This document shows, piece by piece, positions 27,590 through 39,582 of a stretch of 64,000 nt of DNA. Below the pieces are notes generated by a model that saw only the letters and a program-made list of their open reading frames with translations, was not told the origin of the DNA and searched no databases. Position numbers and translations under genes: made by a program. This stretch comes from Nemertoderma westbladi (taxonomy: Eukaryota > Animalia > Xenacoelomorpha): the NCBI GenBank assembly GCA_032718475.1, contig JAUCBJ010003079.1:1-64000 (forward strand), given 5' to 3'. How positions within the stretch are numbered: position 1 is the first letter of the stretch; each line of letters opens with the position of its first letter.

Positions 27590-29683
27590 CTAGAAAAAAA
27601 TATAGATACATTGGATTGTGTTAATAAACAATGCTTGCAGGTTTGCAAAAAGTAACTCATGCAAACCTCTTACCATGGTAGTTTCACACACAAAATCTTA
27701 CAGCTAAAACTAACTGTGTTGGGACAGTCACAAACAACTTCGGAATATTGTGACAGCCACAATCAATTGTAGTAATTTTGTAACAGCCACAAACAATTGT
27801 CTGAATGTTGTGACAGCCACAAACATTTGTCGCAATGTTGGGACTGCCACAAACAATTGTCCGAATGTTGTGACAGCCACAAACAATTGTCGCAATGTTG
27901 TAACAGTCACAAACAATTGTCGTAATGTTGTGACAGCCACAAACAATTGTCCGAATTTTGTGACAGCCACAAACAATTGTCGTAATGTTGTAACAGCCAA
28001 AAACAATTGTCGCAATATTGTGACAGCCACAAACAATTGTCGCAATATTATGACAGCCACAAAAAATATCGTAATGTTGTGACAGTCACAAACAATTGTC
28101 GCAAGGTTGTGACAGCCACAAACAATTGTCGTAATGTTGTGACAGTCACGAACAATTGTCGCAATATTGTGACAGCCACAAACAATTGTAGGAATATTGT
28201 AACAGCTACAAAAATTGTCGTAATGTTGTGACAGTCACAAAAAATTTCAGAATGTTGTAACAGTTGCATACAAATGCCGGAATGTTGTGACAGCCACAAA
28301 CAAATGTTGTAGTTTTGTGATACGCACAAACAATGGAGGAATTCTACATCAGCCACAAAGAACTGCAGTGTAGCAGTCTGCCGTGCAACCGGGACAGCTA
28401 CAAACAATTGTCGGAATGTTGATACAGCCACAAACAATTGTCGCAGTATTGTGACAGCTACAAACAATTGTCGTAATGTTGTGACAGCCGCGTACAATTG
28501 CCGGAATGTTGTGACAGCCACAAAAAAATTGTCGAAATGTTGTTACAGCCACAACAAATTGTCGCAATGTTGTGACAGCCACAAACAATTATCGCTAGGT
28601 TGTGACAGCCACAAACAATTGTCGTAATGTTGTGACAGCCACAAACAATTGTCGTAATATTGTGACAGCCGCAAACAATGGTCGAAATGTTGTGATAGCC
28701 ACAACAAATTGTCGCAATGTTGTGACAGCCACAAACAATTGTCGCAAGGTTGTGACAGCCACAAACAATTATCGCAAGGTTGTGACAGCCACAAACAATT
28801 GTCGTAATGTTGTGACAGCCACAAACAATTGTCGTAATATTGTGACAGCCGCAAACAATTGTCGGAATATTGTGACAGCAGAAAACAATTTTCGTAACGT
28901 TGTGACAGCCACACACAATTGTCGTAATATTGTAACAGCCGCAAACAATTGTCGGAATGTTGTGACAGCCACAAACAATTGTCGTAATGGTGTGACAGCC
29001 ACAAATAATAGTCGTATTGTTGTGATAGCTACAAACAATTTCCGGAATGTTGTGACAGCCGCAAACAATTGCCGGATTGTTGTGACAGCCGCAAACAATT
29101 GTCGGAATATTGTGACAGCAGAAAACAATTTTCGTAACGTTGTGACAGCCACACACAATTGTCGTAATATTGTAACAGCCGCAAACAATTGTCGGAATGT
29201 TGTGACAGCCACAAACAATTGTCCTAATGTTGCGACAGCCACAAACAATTGTCGTAATATTGTGACAGCCACAAAAAATTTTCGGAATATTGTGACAACC
29301 ACAAACAATTGTCGCAATGTTGTGACAACCACAAACAATTGTAGCAATATTGTGACAGCCACAAACAATTGACGCAATGTAATGACAGCCACAAAGAATT
29401 GTCGTAATATTGTGACAGCTACAAACAATTGTCGTAATATTGTGACAGCCACAATCAATTGTCACAATGTTGTGACAGCCACAAACAATTGTCGTAATAT
29501 TGTGACAGCTACAAACAATTGTCGTAATATTGTGACTGCCACAATCAATTGTCACAATATTGTGACAGCCACAAAAATTGCAGGAATGTTGTAACAGCCA
29601 CAAACAATTGCCGTAATATTAGAATTAATCTTCAAATAAACTTTTAAATTTCTCATCAAAATAATATAAGTGTGTAAATTTAC

Positions 29684-29812
29684 CTCCTTATCAGCGGTGG
29701 GTTCATCGAACAGATCAAGATTGCTTATGCAGATCGGTTGCTTATCAGGAGCAGAAGAGCCACCCAATATCAACGGAATGTTATCCGTTATGTCGTCAAT
29801 TTCTTCGTTAAA
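29684..29812 (-). CDS. Cassette 10 putative 129-bp exon (variant ...ICISNLDLFDEPTADKE)
   Basis: Same signals, open frame. Confidence 0.45.
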
Positions 29813-31510
29813 CTAGAAAAAATATAGATACATTGGATTGTGTTAATAAACAATGCTTGCAGGTTTGCAAAAAGTAACTCTTGCAAACCTCTTACCATGG
29901 TAGTTTCACACACAAAATCTTACAGCTAAAACTAACTGTGTTGGGACACTAACAAAATTTTCCGAATATTGGACAGCCACAATCAATTGTAGTAATTTTG
30001 TAACAGCCACAAACAATTGTCTGAATGTTGTGACAGCCACAAACATTTGTCGCAATGTTGGGACTGCCACAAACAATTGTCCGAATGTTGTGACAGCCAC
30101 AAACAATTGTCGCAATGTTGTAACAGTCACAAACAATTGACGTAATGTTGTGACAGCCACAAACAATTGTCCGAATGTTGTGACAGCCACAAACAATTGT
30201 CGTAATGTTGTGACAGCCAAAAACAATTGTCGCAATATTATGACAACCACAAAAAATATCGTAATGTTGTGACAGTCACAAACAATTGTCGCAAGGTTGT
30301 GACAGCCACAAACAATTGTCGTAATGTTGTGACAGCCACAAACAATCGTCCGAATGTTGTGACAGCCACAAACATTTGTCGCAATGTTGTGACAGCCACA
30401 AACAATTGTCGCAATGTTGTAACAGTCACAAACAATTGTCGTAATGTTGTGACAGCCACAAACAATTGTCCGAATGTTGTGACAGCCACAAACAATTGTC
30501 GTAATGTTGTGACAGCCAAAAACAATTGTCGCAATATTATGACAGCCACAAAAAATATCGTAATGTCGTGACAGTCACAAACAATTGTCGCAAGGTTGTG
30601 ACAGCCACAAACAATTGTCGTAATGTTGTGACAGCCACAAACAATTGTCGCAATGTTGTTACAGCCACAAACTATTGTCGTAATGTTGTGACAGCAACAA
30701 ACAATTGTCGTAATGTTGTGACAGCTACAAACAATTGTCGCAATATTGTGACAGCCACAAACAATTGTACGAATGTTGTGACAGCTACAAACAATTGTCG
30801 TAATGTTGTGAGAACTACAAACAATTTTCGTAATGTTGTGATAGCTACAAACAATTTCCGGAATGTTGTGACAGCTACAAACAATTTTCGTAATGTTGTG
30901 ATAGCTACAAACAATTTTCGTAATGTTGTGATAGCTACAAACAATTGTCGTAATGTTGTGACAGCCACAAACAATTGTCGCAATGTTGTTACAGCCACAA
31001 ACAATTGTCGTAATGTTGTGACAGCAACAAACAATTGTCGTAATGTTGTTACAGCTACAAACAATTGTCGCAATGTTGTGACAGCCACAAACAATTGTAG
31101 TAATTTTGTGACAGCCACAAACAATAGTAGTAATTTTGTGACAGCCACAAACAATTATTGTCGTAATGTTGTGAAAGCAAAAAACAATTATCGCAATCTT
31201 GTGACAGCTACAAACAATTGTAGTAATGTTGTGACAGCCACAAACAATTATTGTCGTAATGTTGTGACAGCCACAAACAATTATTGTCGTAATGTTGTGA
31301 CAGACACAAACAATTATTGTCGTAATGTTGTGACATTCACAAACAATTATTGTCGTAATGTTGTGACAGCCACAAACTAATACCAAAATGTTGTGGCAGC
31401 TGCTAACAATTGCAATAATTTTGTGACTGACATACACAAACAATGCCACAATTAATCATCAACTAAATATTTAAATTTATCATCAAAATAATATAAGTGT
31501 GTAAATTTAC

Positions 31511-31639
31511 CTCCTTATCAGCGGTGGGTTCATCGAACAGATCAAGATTGCTTATGCAGATCGGTTGCTTATCAGGAGCAGAAGAGCCACCCAATATCAA
31601 CGGAATATTATCCGTTATGTCGTCAATTTCTTCGTTAAA
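31511..31639 (-). CDS. Cassette 11 putative 129-bp exon
   Basis: Same signals, open frame; cassette-10-like core with second-type flank. Confidence 0.45.
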
Positions 31640-33337
31640 CTAGAAAAAATATAGATACATTGGATTGTGTTAATAAACAATGCTTGCAGGTTTGTAAAAA
31701 GTAACTCTTGCAAACCTCTTACCATGGTAGTTTCACACACAAAATCTTACAGCTAAAACTAACTGTGTTGGGACACTAACAAAATTTTACGAATATTGGA
31801 CAGCCACAATCAATTGTAGTAATTTTGTAACAGCCACAAACAATTGTCTGAATGTTGTGACAGCCACAAACATTTGTCGCAATGTTGGGACTGCCACAAA
31901 CAATTGTCCGAATGTTGTGACAGCCACAAACAATTGTCGCAATGTTGTAACAGTCACAAACAATTGACGTAATGTTGTGACAGCCACAAACAATTGTCCG
32001 AATGTTGTGACAGCCACAAACAATTGTCGTAATGTTGTGACAGCCAAAAACAATTGTCGCAATATTATGACAACCACAAAAAATATCGTAATGTTGTGAC
32101 AGTCACAAACAATTGTCGCAAGGTTGTGACAGCCACAAACAATTGTCGTAATGTTGTGACAGCCACAAACAATCGTCCGAATGTTGTGACAGCCACAAAC
32201 ATTTGTCGCAATGTTGTGACAGCCACAAACAATTGTCGCAATGTTGTAACAGTCACAAACAATTGTCGTAATGTTGTGACAGCCACAAACAATTGTCCGA
32301 ATGTTGTGACAGCCACAAACAATTGTCGTAATGTTGTGACAGCCAAAAACAATTGTCGCAATATTATGACAGCCACAAAAAATATCGTAATGTCGTGACA
32401 GTCACAAACAATTGTCGCAAGGTTGTGACAGCCACAAACAATTGTCGTAATGTTGTGACAGCCACAAACAATTATCGCAATGTTGTTACAGCCACAAACA
32501 ATTGTCGTAATGTTGTGACAGCAACAAACAATTGTCGTAATGTTGTGACAGCTACAAACAATTGTCGCAATATTGTGACAGCCACAAACAATTGTACGAA
32601 TGTTGTGACAGCTACAAACAATTGTCGTAATGTTGTGACAACTACAAACAATTTTCGTAATGTTGTGATAGCTACCAACAATTTCCGGAATGTTGTGACA
32701 GCTACAAACAATTTTCGTAATGTTGTGATAGCTACAAACAATTTTCGTAATGTTGTGATAGCTACAAACAATTGTCGTAATGTTGTGACAGCCACAAACA
32801 ATTGTCGCAATGTTGTTACAGCCACAAACAATTGTCGTAATGTTGTGACAGCAACAAACAATTGTCGTAATGTTGTTACAGCTACAAACAATTGTCGCAA
32901 TGTTGTGACAGCCACAAACAATTGTAGTAATTTTGTGACAGCCACAAACAATAGTAGTAATTTTGTGACAGCCACAAACAATTATTGTCGTAATGTTGTG
33001 AAAGCAAAAAACAATTATCGCAATCTTGTGACAGCTACAAACAATTGTAGTAATGTTGTGACAGCCACAAACAATTATTGTCGTAATGTTGTGACAGCCA
33101 CAAACAATTATTGTCGTAATGTTGTGACAGACACAAACAATTATTGTCGTAATGTTGTGACATTCACAAACAATTATTGTCGTAATGTTGTGACAGCCAC
33201 AAACTAATACCAAAATGTTGTGGCAGCTGCTAACAATTGCAATAATTTTGTGACTGACATACACAAACAATGCCACAATTAATCATCAACTAAATATTTA
33301 AATTTATCATCAAAATAATATAAGTATGTAAATTTAC

Positions 33338-33466
33338 CTCCTTATCAGCGGTGGGTTCATCGAGCAGATCAAGATCGCTTGTGCAGATCAGTTGCTTATC
33401 AGGAGCAGCAGAGCCAACCAATATCAACGGAATATTAACCGTTATGTCGTCAATTTCTTCGTTAAA
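33338..33466 (-). CDS. Cassette 12 putative 129-bp exon
   Basis: Same signals, open frame; private D>V and G>V changes. Confidence 0.45.
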
Positions 33467-35380
33467 CTAGAAAAAATATAGATACATTGGATTGTGTTAA
33501 TAAACAATGCTTGCAGGTTTGCAAAAAGTAACTCATGCAAACCTCTTACCATGGTAGTTTCACACACAAAATCTTACAGCTAAAACTAACTGTGTTGGGA
33601 CAGTCACAAACAACTTCGGAATATTGTGACAGCCACAATCAATTGTAGTAATTTTGTAACAGCCACAAACAATTGTCTGAATGTTGTGACAGCCACAAAC
33701 ATTTGTCGCAATGTTGGGACTGCCACAAACAATTGTCCGAATGTTGTGACAGCCACAAACAATTGTCGCAATGTTGTAACAGTCACAAACAATTGTCGTA
33801 ATGTTGTGACAGCCACAAACAATTGTCCGAATTTTGTGACAGCCACAAACAATTGTCGTAATGTTGTAACAGCCAAAAACAATTGTCGCAATATTGTGAC
33901 AGCCACAAACAATTGTCGCAATATTATGACAGCCACAAAAAATATCGTAATGTTGTGACAGTCACAAACAATTGTCGCAAGGTTGTGACAGCCACAAACA
34001 ATTGTCGTAATGTTGTGAAAGCCACAAACAATTGTCGCAATGTTGTTACAGCCACAAACAATTGTCGTAATGTTGTGACAGCAACAAACAATTGTCGTAA
34101 TGTTGTGACAGCTACAAACAATTGCCGCAATGTTGTGACAGCCACAAACAATTGTCCGAATGTTGTGACAGCCACAAACAATTGTCGAAATGTTGTAACA
34201 GTCACAAACAATTGTCGTAATGTTGTGACAGCCACAAACAATTGTCCGAATGTTGTGACAGCCACAAACAATTGTCGTAATGTTGTGACAGCCAAAAACA
34301 ATTGTCGCAATATTGTGACAGCCACAAACAATTGTCGCAATATTATGACAGCCACAAAAAATATCGTAATGTTGTGACAGTCACAAACAATTGTCGCAAG
34401 GTTGTGATAGCCACAAACAATTGTCGTAATGTTGTGACAGCAACAAACAATTGTCGCAATGTTGTTACAGCTACAAACAATTGTCGTAATGGTGTGACAG
34501 CAACAAACAATTGTCGAAATGTTGTGACAGCTACAAACAATTGTCGCAATGTTGTGACAGCCACAAACAATTGTCGTAATGTTGTGACAGCCACAAACAA
34601 TTGTACGAATGTTGCGACAGCTACAAACAATTGTCGTAATGTTGTGACAGCCTCAAACAATCGATCGTACAAATGTTGTGACAGCAACAAACAATTGTAT
34701 GAATGTTGTGACAGCTACAAACAATTGTCGTAATGTAGTGACAACTACAAACAATTGTCGCAATGTTGTGACAGCCACAAACAATTGTAGTAATTTTGTG
34801 ACAGCCACAAACAATTGTAGTAATTTTGTGACAGCCACAAACAATTATTGTCGTAATGTTGTGAAAGCAAAAAACAATTATCGCAATCTTGTGACAGCTA
34901 CAAACAATTGTAGTAATCTTGTGACAGCCACAAACAATTGTCGTAATGTAGTGACAACTACAAACAATTGTCGCAATGTTGTGACAGCCACAAACAATTG
35001 TAGTAATTTTGTGACAGCCACAAACAATTGTAGTAATTTTGTGACAGCCACAAACAATTATTGTCGTAATGTTGTGAAAGCAAAAAACAATTATCGCAAT
35101 CTTGTGACAGCTACAAACAATTGTAGAAATGTTGTGACAGCCACAAACAATTATTGTCGTAATGTTGTGACAGCCACAAATAATTATTGTCGTAATGTTG
35201 TGACAGTCACAAACAATTATTGTCGTAATGTTGTGACAGCCACAAACTAATACCAAAATGTTGTGGCAGCTGCTAACAATTGCAATAATTTTGTGACTGA
35301 CATACACAAACAATGCCACAATTAATCATCAACTAAATATTTAAATTTATCATCAAAATAATATAAGTGTGTAAATTTAC

Positions 35381-35509
35381 CTCCTTATCAGCGGTGGGTT
35401 CATCGAGCAGATCAAGATCGCTTGTGCAGATCGGTTGCTTATCAGGAGCAGCAGAGCCTCCCAATATCAACGGAATATTATCCGTTATGTCGTCACTTTC
35501 TTCGTTAAA
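35381..35509 (-). CDS. Cassette 13 putative 129-bp exon
   Basis: Same signals, open frame. Confidence 0.45.
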
Positions 35510-37661
35510 CTAGAAAAAATATAGATACATTGGATTGTGTTAATAAACAATGCTTGCAGGTTTGCAAAAATTAACTCTTGCAAACCTCTTACCATGGTAG
35601 TTTAACACACAAAATCTTACAGCTAAAACTAACTGTGTTGGGACAGTCACAAACAACTTCGGAATATTGTGACAGCCACAATCAATTGTAGTAATTTTGT
35701 AACAGCCACAAACAATTGTCTGAATGTTGTGACAGCCACAAACATTTGTCGCAATGTTGGGACTGCCACAAACAATTGTCCGAATGTTGTGACAGCCACA
35801 AACAATTGTCGCAATGTTGTGACAGCCACAAACAATTGTCGTAATGTTGTGACAGCCAAAAACAATTGTCCGAATGTTGTGACAGCCACAAACAATTGTC
35901 GTAATGTTGTGACAGCCAAAAACAATTGTCGCAATATTGTGACAGCCACAAACAATTGTCGCAATATTATGACATCCACAAAAAATATCGTAATGTTGTG
36001 ACAGTCACAAACAATTGTCGCAAGGTTGTGACAGCCACAAACAATTGTCGTAATGTTGTGACAGCCACAAACAATTGTCGCAATGTTGTTACAGCCACAA
36101 ACAATTGTCGTAATGTTGTGACAGCAACAAACAATTGTCGTAATATTGTGACAGCTACAAACAATGTCGCAATGTTGTGACAGCCACAAACAATTGTCTG
36201 TCCGAATGTTGTGACAGCCACAAACAATTGTCACAATGTTGTAACAGTCACAAACAATTGTCGCAATGTTGTAACAGTCACAAACAATTGTCGTAATGTT
36301 GTGACAGCCACAAACAATTGTCCGAATGTTGTGACAGCCACAAACAATTGTCGTAATGTTGTGACAGCCAAAAACAATTGTCGCAATATTATGACAGCCA
36401 CAAAAAATATCGTAATGTTGTGACAGTCACAAACAATTGTCGCAAGGTTGTGACAGCCACAAACAATTGTCGTAATGTTGTGACAGCCACAAACAATCGT
36501 CCGAATGTTGTGACAGCCACAAACATTTGTCGCAATGTTGTGACAGCCACAAACAATTGTCGCAATGTTGTAACAGTCACAAACAATTGTCGTAATGTTG
36601 TGACAGCCACAAACAATTGTCCGAATGTTGTGACAGCCACAAACAATTGTCGTAATGTTGTGACAGCCAAAAACAATTGTCGCAATATTATGACAGCCAC
36701 AAAAAATATCGTAATGTCGTGACAGTCACAAACAATTGTCGCAAGGTTGTGACAGCCACAAACAATTGTCGTAATGTTGTGACAGCCACAAACAATTGTC
36801 GCAATGTTGTTACAGCCACAAACAATTGTCGTAATGTTGTGACAGCAACAAACAATTGTCGTAATGTTGTGACAGTTACAAACAATTGTCGCAATATTGT
36901 GACAGCCACAAACAATTGTACGAATGTTGTGACAGCTACAAACAATTGTCGTAATGTTGTGACAACTACAAACAATTTTCGTAATGTTGTGATAGCTACA
37001 AACAATTTCCGGAATGTTGTGACAGCTACAAACAATTTTCGTAATGTTGTGATAGCTACAAACAATTTTCGTAATGTTGTGATAGCTACAAACAATTGTC
37101 GTAATGTTGTGACAGCCACAAACAATTGTCGCAATGTTGTTACAGCCACAAACAATTGTCGTAATGTTGTGATAGCAACAAACAATTGTCGTAATGTTGT
37201 TACAGCTATAAACAATTGTCGCAATGTTGTGACAGCCACAAACAATTGTAGTAATTTTGTGACAGCCACAAACAATAGTAGTAATTTTGTGACAGCCACA
37301 AACAATTATTGTCGTAATGTTGTGAAAGCAAAAAACAATTATCGCAATCTTGTGACAGCTACAAACAATTGTAGTAATGTTGTGACAGCCACAAACAATT
37401 ATTGTCGTAATGTTGTGACAGCCACAAACAATTATTGTCGTAATGTTGTGACAGACACAAACAATTATTGTCGTAATGTTGTGACAGTCACAAACAATTA
37501 TTGTCGTAATGTTGTGACAGCCACAAACTAATACCAAAATGTTGTGGCAGCTGCTAACAATTGCAATAATTTTGTGACTGACATACACAAACAATGCCAC
37601 AATTAATCATCAACTAAATATTTAAATTTATCATCAAAATAATATAAGTATGTAAATTTAC

Positions 37662-37790
37662 CTCCTTATCAGCGGTGGGTTCATCGAGCAGATCAAGATC
37701 GCTTGTGCAGATCAGTTGCTTATCAGGAGCAGCAGAGCCACCCAATATCAACGGAATATTATCCGTTATGTCGTCAATTTCTTCGTTAAA
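37662..37790 (-). CDS. Cassette 14 putative 129-bp exon
   Basis: Same signals, open frame. Confidence 0.45.
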
Positions 37791-39430
37791 CTAGAAAAAA
37801 TATAGATACATTGGATTGTGTTAATAAACAATGCTTGCAGGTTTGCAAAAATTAACTCTTGCAAACCTCTTACCATGGTAGTTTCACACACAAAATCTTA
37901 CAGCTAAAACTAACTGTGTTGGGACAGTCACAAACAACTTCGGAATATTGTGACAGCCACAATCAATTGTAGTAATTTTGTAACAGCCACAAACAATTGT
38001 CTGAATGTTGTGACAGCCACAAACATTTGTCGCAATGTTGTAACAGCCACAAACAATTGTCCGAATGTTGTGACAGCCACAAACAATTGTCGCAATGTTG
38101 TGACAGCCACAAACAATTGTCGCAATATTATGACGAGCCACAAAAAATATCGTAATGTTGTGACAGTCACAAACAATTGTCGTAATGTTGTGACAGCCAC
38201 AAACAATTGTCGCAATGTTGTTACAGCCACAAACAATTGTCGTAATGTTGTGACAGCATCAAACAATTGTCGTAATGTTGTGACAGCTACAAACAATTGT
38301 CCGAATGTTGTGACAGCCACAAACAATTGTCGTAATGTTGTGAAAGCCACAAACAATTGTCGCAATGTTGTTACAGCCACAAACAATTGTCGTAATATTA
38401 TGACGAGCCACAAAAAATATCGTAATGTTGTGACAGTCACAAACAATTGTCGTAATGTTGTGACAGCCACAAACAATTGTCGCAATGTTGTTACAGCCAC
38501 AAACAATTGTCGTAATGTTGTGACAGCAACAAACAATTGTCGTAATGTTGTGACAGCTACAAACAATTGTCGCAATGTTGTGACAGCCACAAACAATTGT
38601 ACGAATGTTGTGACAGCTACAAACAATTGTCGTAATGTTGTGACAGCTACAAACAATTGTCGTAATATTGTGACAGATACAAACAATTGTCGTAATGTTG
38701 TGACAGCCACAAACAATCGTACAAATGTTGTGACAGCAACAAACAATTGTATGAATGTTGTGACAGCTACAAACAATTGTCGTAATGTAGTGACAACTAC
38801 AAACAATTGTCGTAATGTTGTGACAGCCACAAACAATTGTAGTAATTTTGTGACAGCCACAAACAATTGTCCGAATGTTGTGACAGCTACAAACAATTGT
38901 CGTAATGTAGTGACAACTACAAACAATTGTCGTAATGTTGTGACAGCCACAAACAATTGTAGTAATTTTGTGACAGCCACAAACAATTGTCCGAATGTTG
39001 TGATAGCTACAAACAATTGTCGTAATGTTGTGACAGCTACAAACAATTGTCGTAATTTTGTGACAGCCACAAACAATTGTCGTAATGTTGTGACAGCAAC
39101 AAACAATTATTGTCGTAATGTTGTGAAAGCAAAAAACAATTATCGCAATCTTGTGACAGCTACAAACAATTGTAGTAATGTTGTGACAGCCACAAACAAT
39201 TATTGTCGTAATGTTGTGACAGCCACAAACAATTATTGTCGTAATGTTGTGACAGTCACAAACAATTATTGGCGTAATGTTGTGACATCCACAAACTAAT
39301 ACCAAAATGTTGTGGCAGCTGCTAACTATTGCAATAATTTTGTGACTGACATACACAAACAAATGTCACAATTAATCATCAACTAAATATTTAAATTTAT
39401 CATCAAAATAATATAAGTGTGTAAATTTAC

Positions 39431-39582
39431 CTCCTTATCAGCGGTGAGGTCATCGAGCAGATCAAGATCGCTTGTTCAAGAACGCAGATCGGTTGCTTAT
39501 CAGGAGCAGCAGAGCCACCCAATTGAATATTATCCGTTATGTTGTCAATTTCTTCGTTAAACTCTTGCAACCCTCTTACCAT
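39431..39582 (-). pseudogene. Cassette 15, divergent terminal copy
   Basis: Lacks 65 bp of the putative intron (junction at AACT microhomology). Has a 6-bp deletion and an 8-bp insertion (TCAAGAAC) in the exon-like part. Homology to other copies stops at CTTACCAT (39582). Confidence 0.55.

Larger units (their letters stand above)
1343..39370 (+). repeat. 30-bp satellite (consensus GTGACAGCCACAAACAATTGTCGTAATGTT), >1000 monomers, with higher-order structure and interspersed ~330-bp cassettes
   Basis: 30-bp periodicity is visible in column registration. 29- and 33-bp variant monomers occur. Variant strings recur at offsets of 717, 1827, 1840, 4050, 7523 and ~7807 bp. Confidence 0.99.

Noticed and set aside
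1314-39362. Antifreeze-like (VTATNNCRNV)n or metallothionein/keratin-associated-like (CGCHNITTIV)n proteins from the ORF track
   Set aside because: ORFs are open on both strands in several frames simply because the monomer is 30 bp and stop-poor. Frequent 1-bp indels switch frames, and there is no signal peptide or unique terminus.
1343-39370. CRISPR array (30-bp partly palindromic repeats)
   Set aside because: Monomers are head-to-tail with no unique spacers, there are no cas genes, and the context is eukaryotic.
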